The notes below the pieces were generated by a model that saw only the letters and a list, made by a program, of their open reading frames with translations, searched no databases and was not told the DNA's origin. A DNA stretch of 64,000 bases from Octopus sinensis (lineage: Eukaryota), in assembly GCF_006345805.1 (NCBI RefSeq), contig NC_043017.1, positions 32,302,001 through 32,366,000 of the forward strand, given 5' to 3'. Below, one piece after another: positions 63,903 through 64,000 of the stretch. Position 1 is the stretch's first letter. Every line of letters starts with the position of its first letter. The position numbers and the translations under genes were made by a program.

Positions 63903-64000
63903 GGGCGAAATGCTTAGCAGTATTGCCGTTACGTTCTAAGTTCAAATTCCGCTGAGGTCGACTTTGCCTTTCATCCTTTCGGGGTCGATAAGTAAAGTAC
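63903..64000 (+). mobile_element. SINE family B fragment running off the window
   Basis: gggcgaaatgcttagc...gttcaaattccgctgaggtcgactttgcctttcatcc. Confidence 0.8.

Overview
Eukaryotic, AT-rich, repeat-dense genomic DNA with no recognisable host protein-coding gene. The repeat families (tRNA-derived SINEs with internal (TA)n(TG)n, an RTE LINE with a (TGA)n tail) look like those of Octopus; this is inferred by recognition, with no database search. Main contents: an 835-bp tandem repeat (1206-3078); a ~596-bp tandem array of 16.3 near-identical units (3836-13559) fused directly to a near-intact RTE LINE (13560-18720; APE endonuclease, RT with YADD, PHD-like finger; 3'UTR expanded by tandem blocks); many SINE copies from about four families; relics of other RTE, CR1, RLE-type (R4/Dong-like), mariner, probable Chapaev3-like and Helentron-associated-like elements; several hammerhead-ribozyme motifs of the Penelope-like-element (PLE) type; six inverted or foldback structures; and a 78-bp satellite (55812-57374) whose unit folds like a core-mutated hammerhead. 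Best candidates for something new: (1) array plus LINE share a candidate 12-bp target-site duplication, suggesting one ~14.9-kb LINE with a tandem-monomer 5' end; (2) palindromes carrying hammerheads on both strands; (3) a satellite possibly derived from a hammerhead. Most ORFs in the supplied track are microsatellite artefacts. Coordinates were read by eye and are approximate at degenerate ends.
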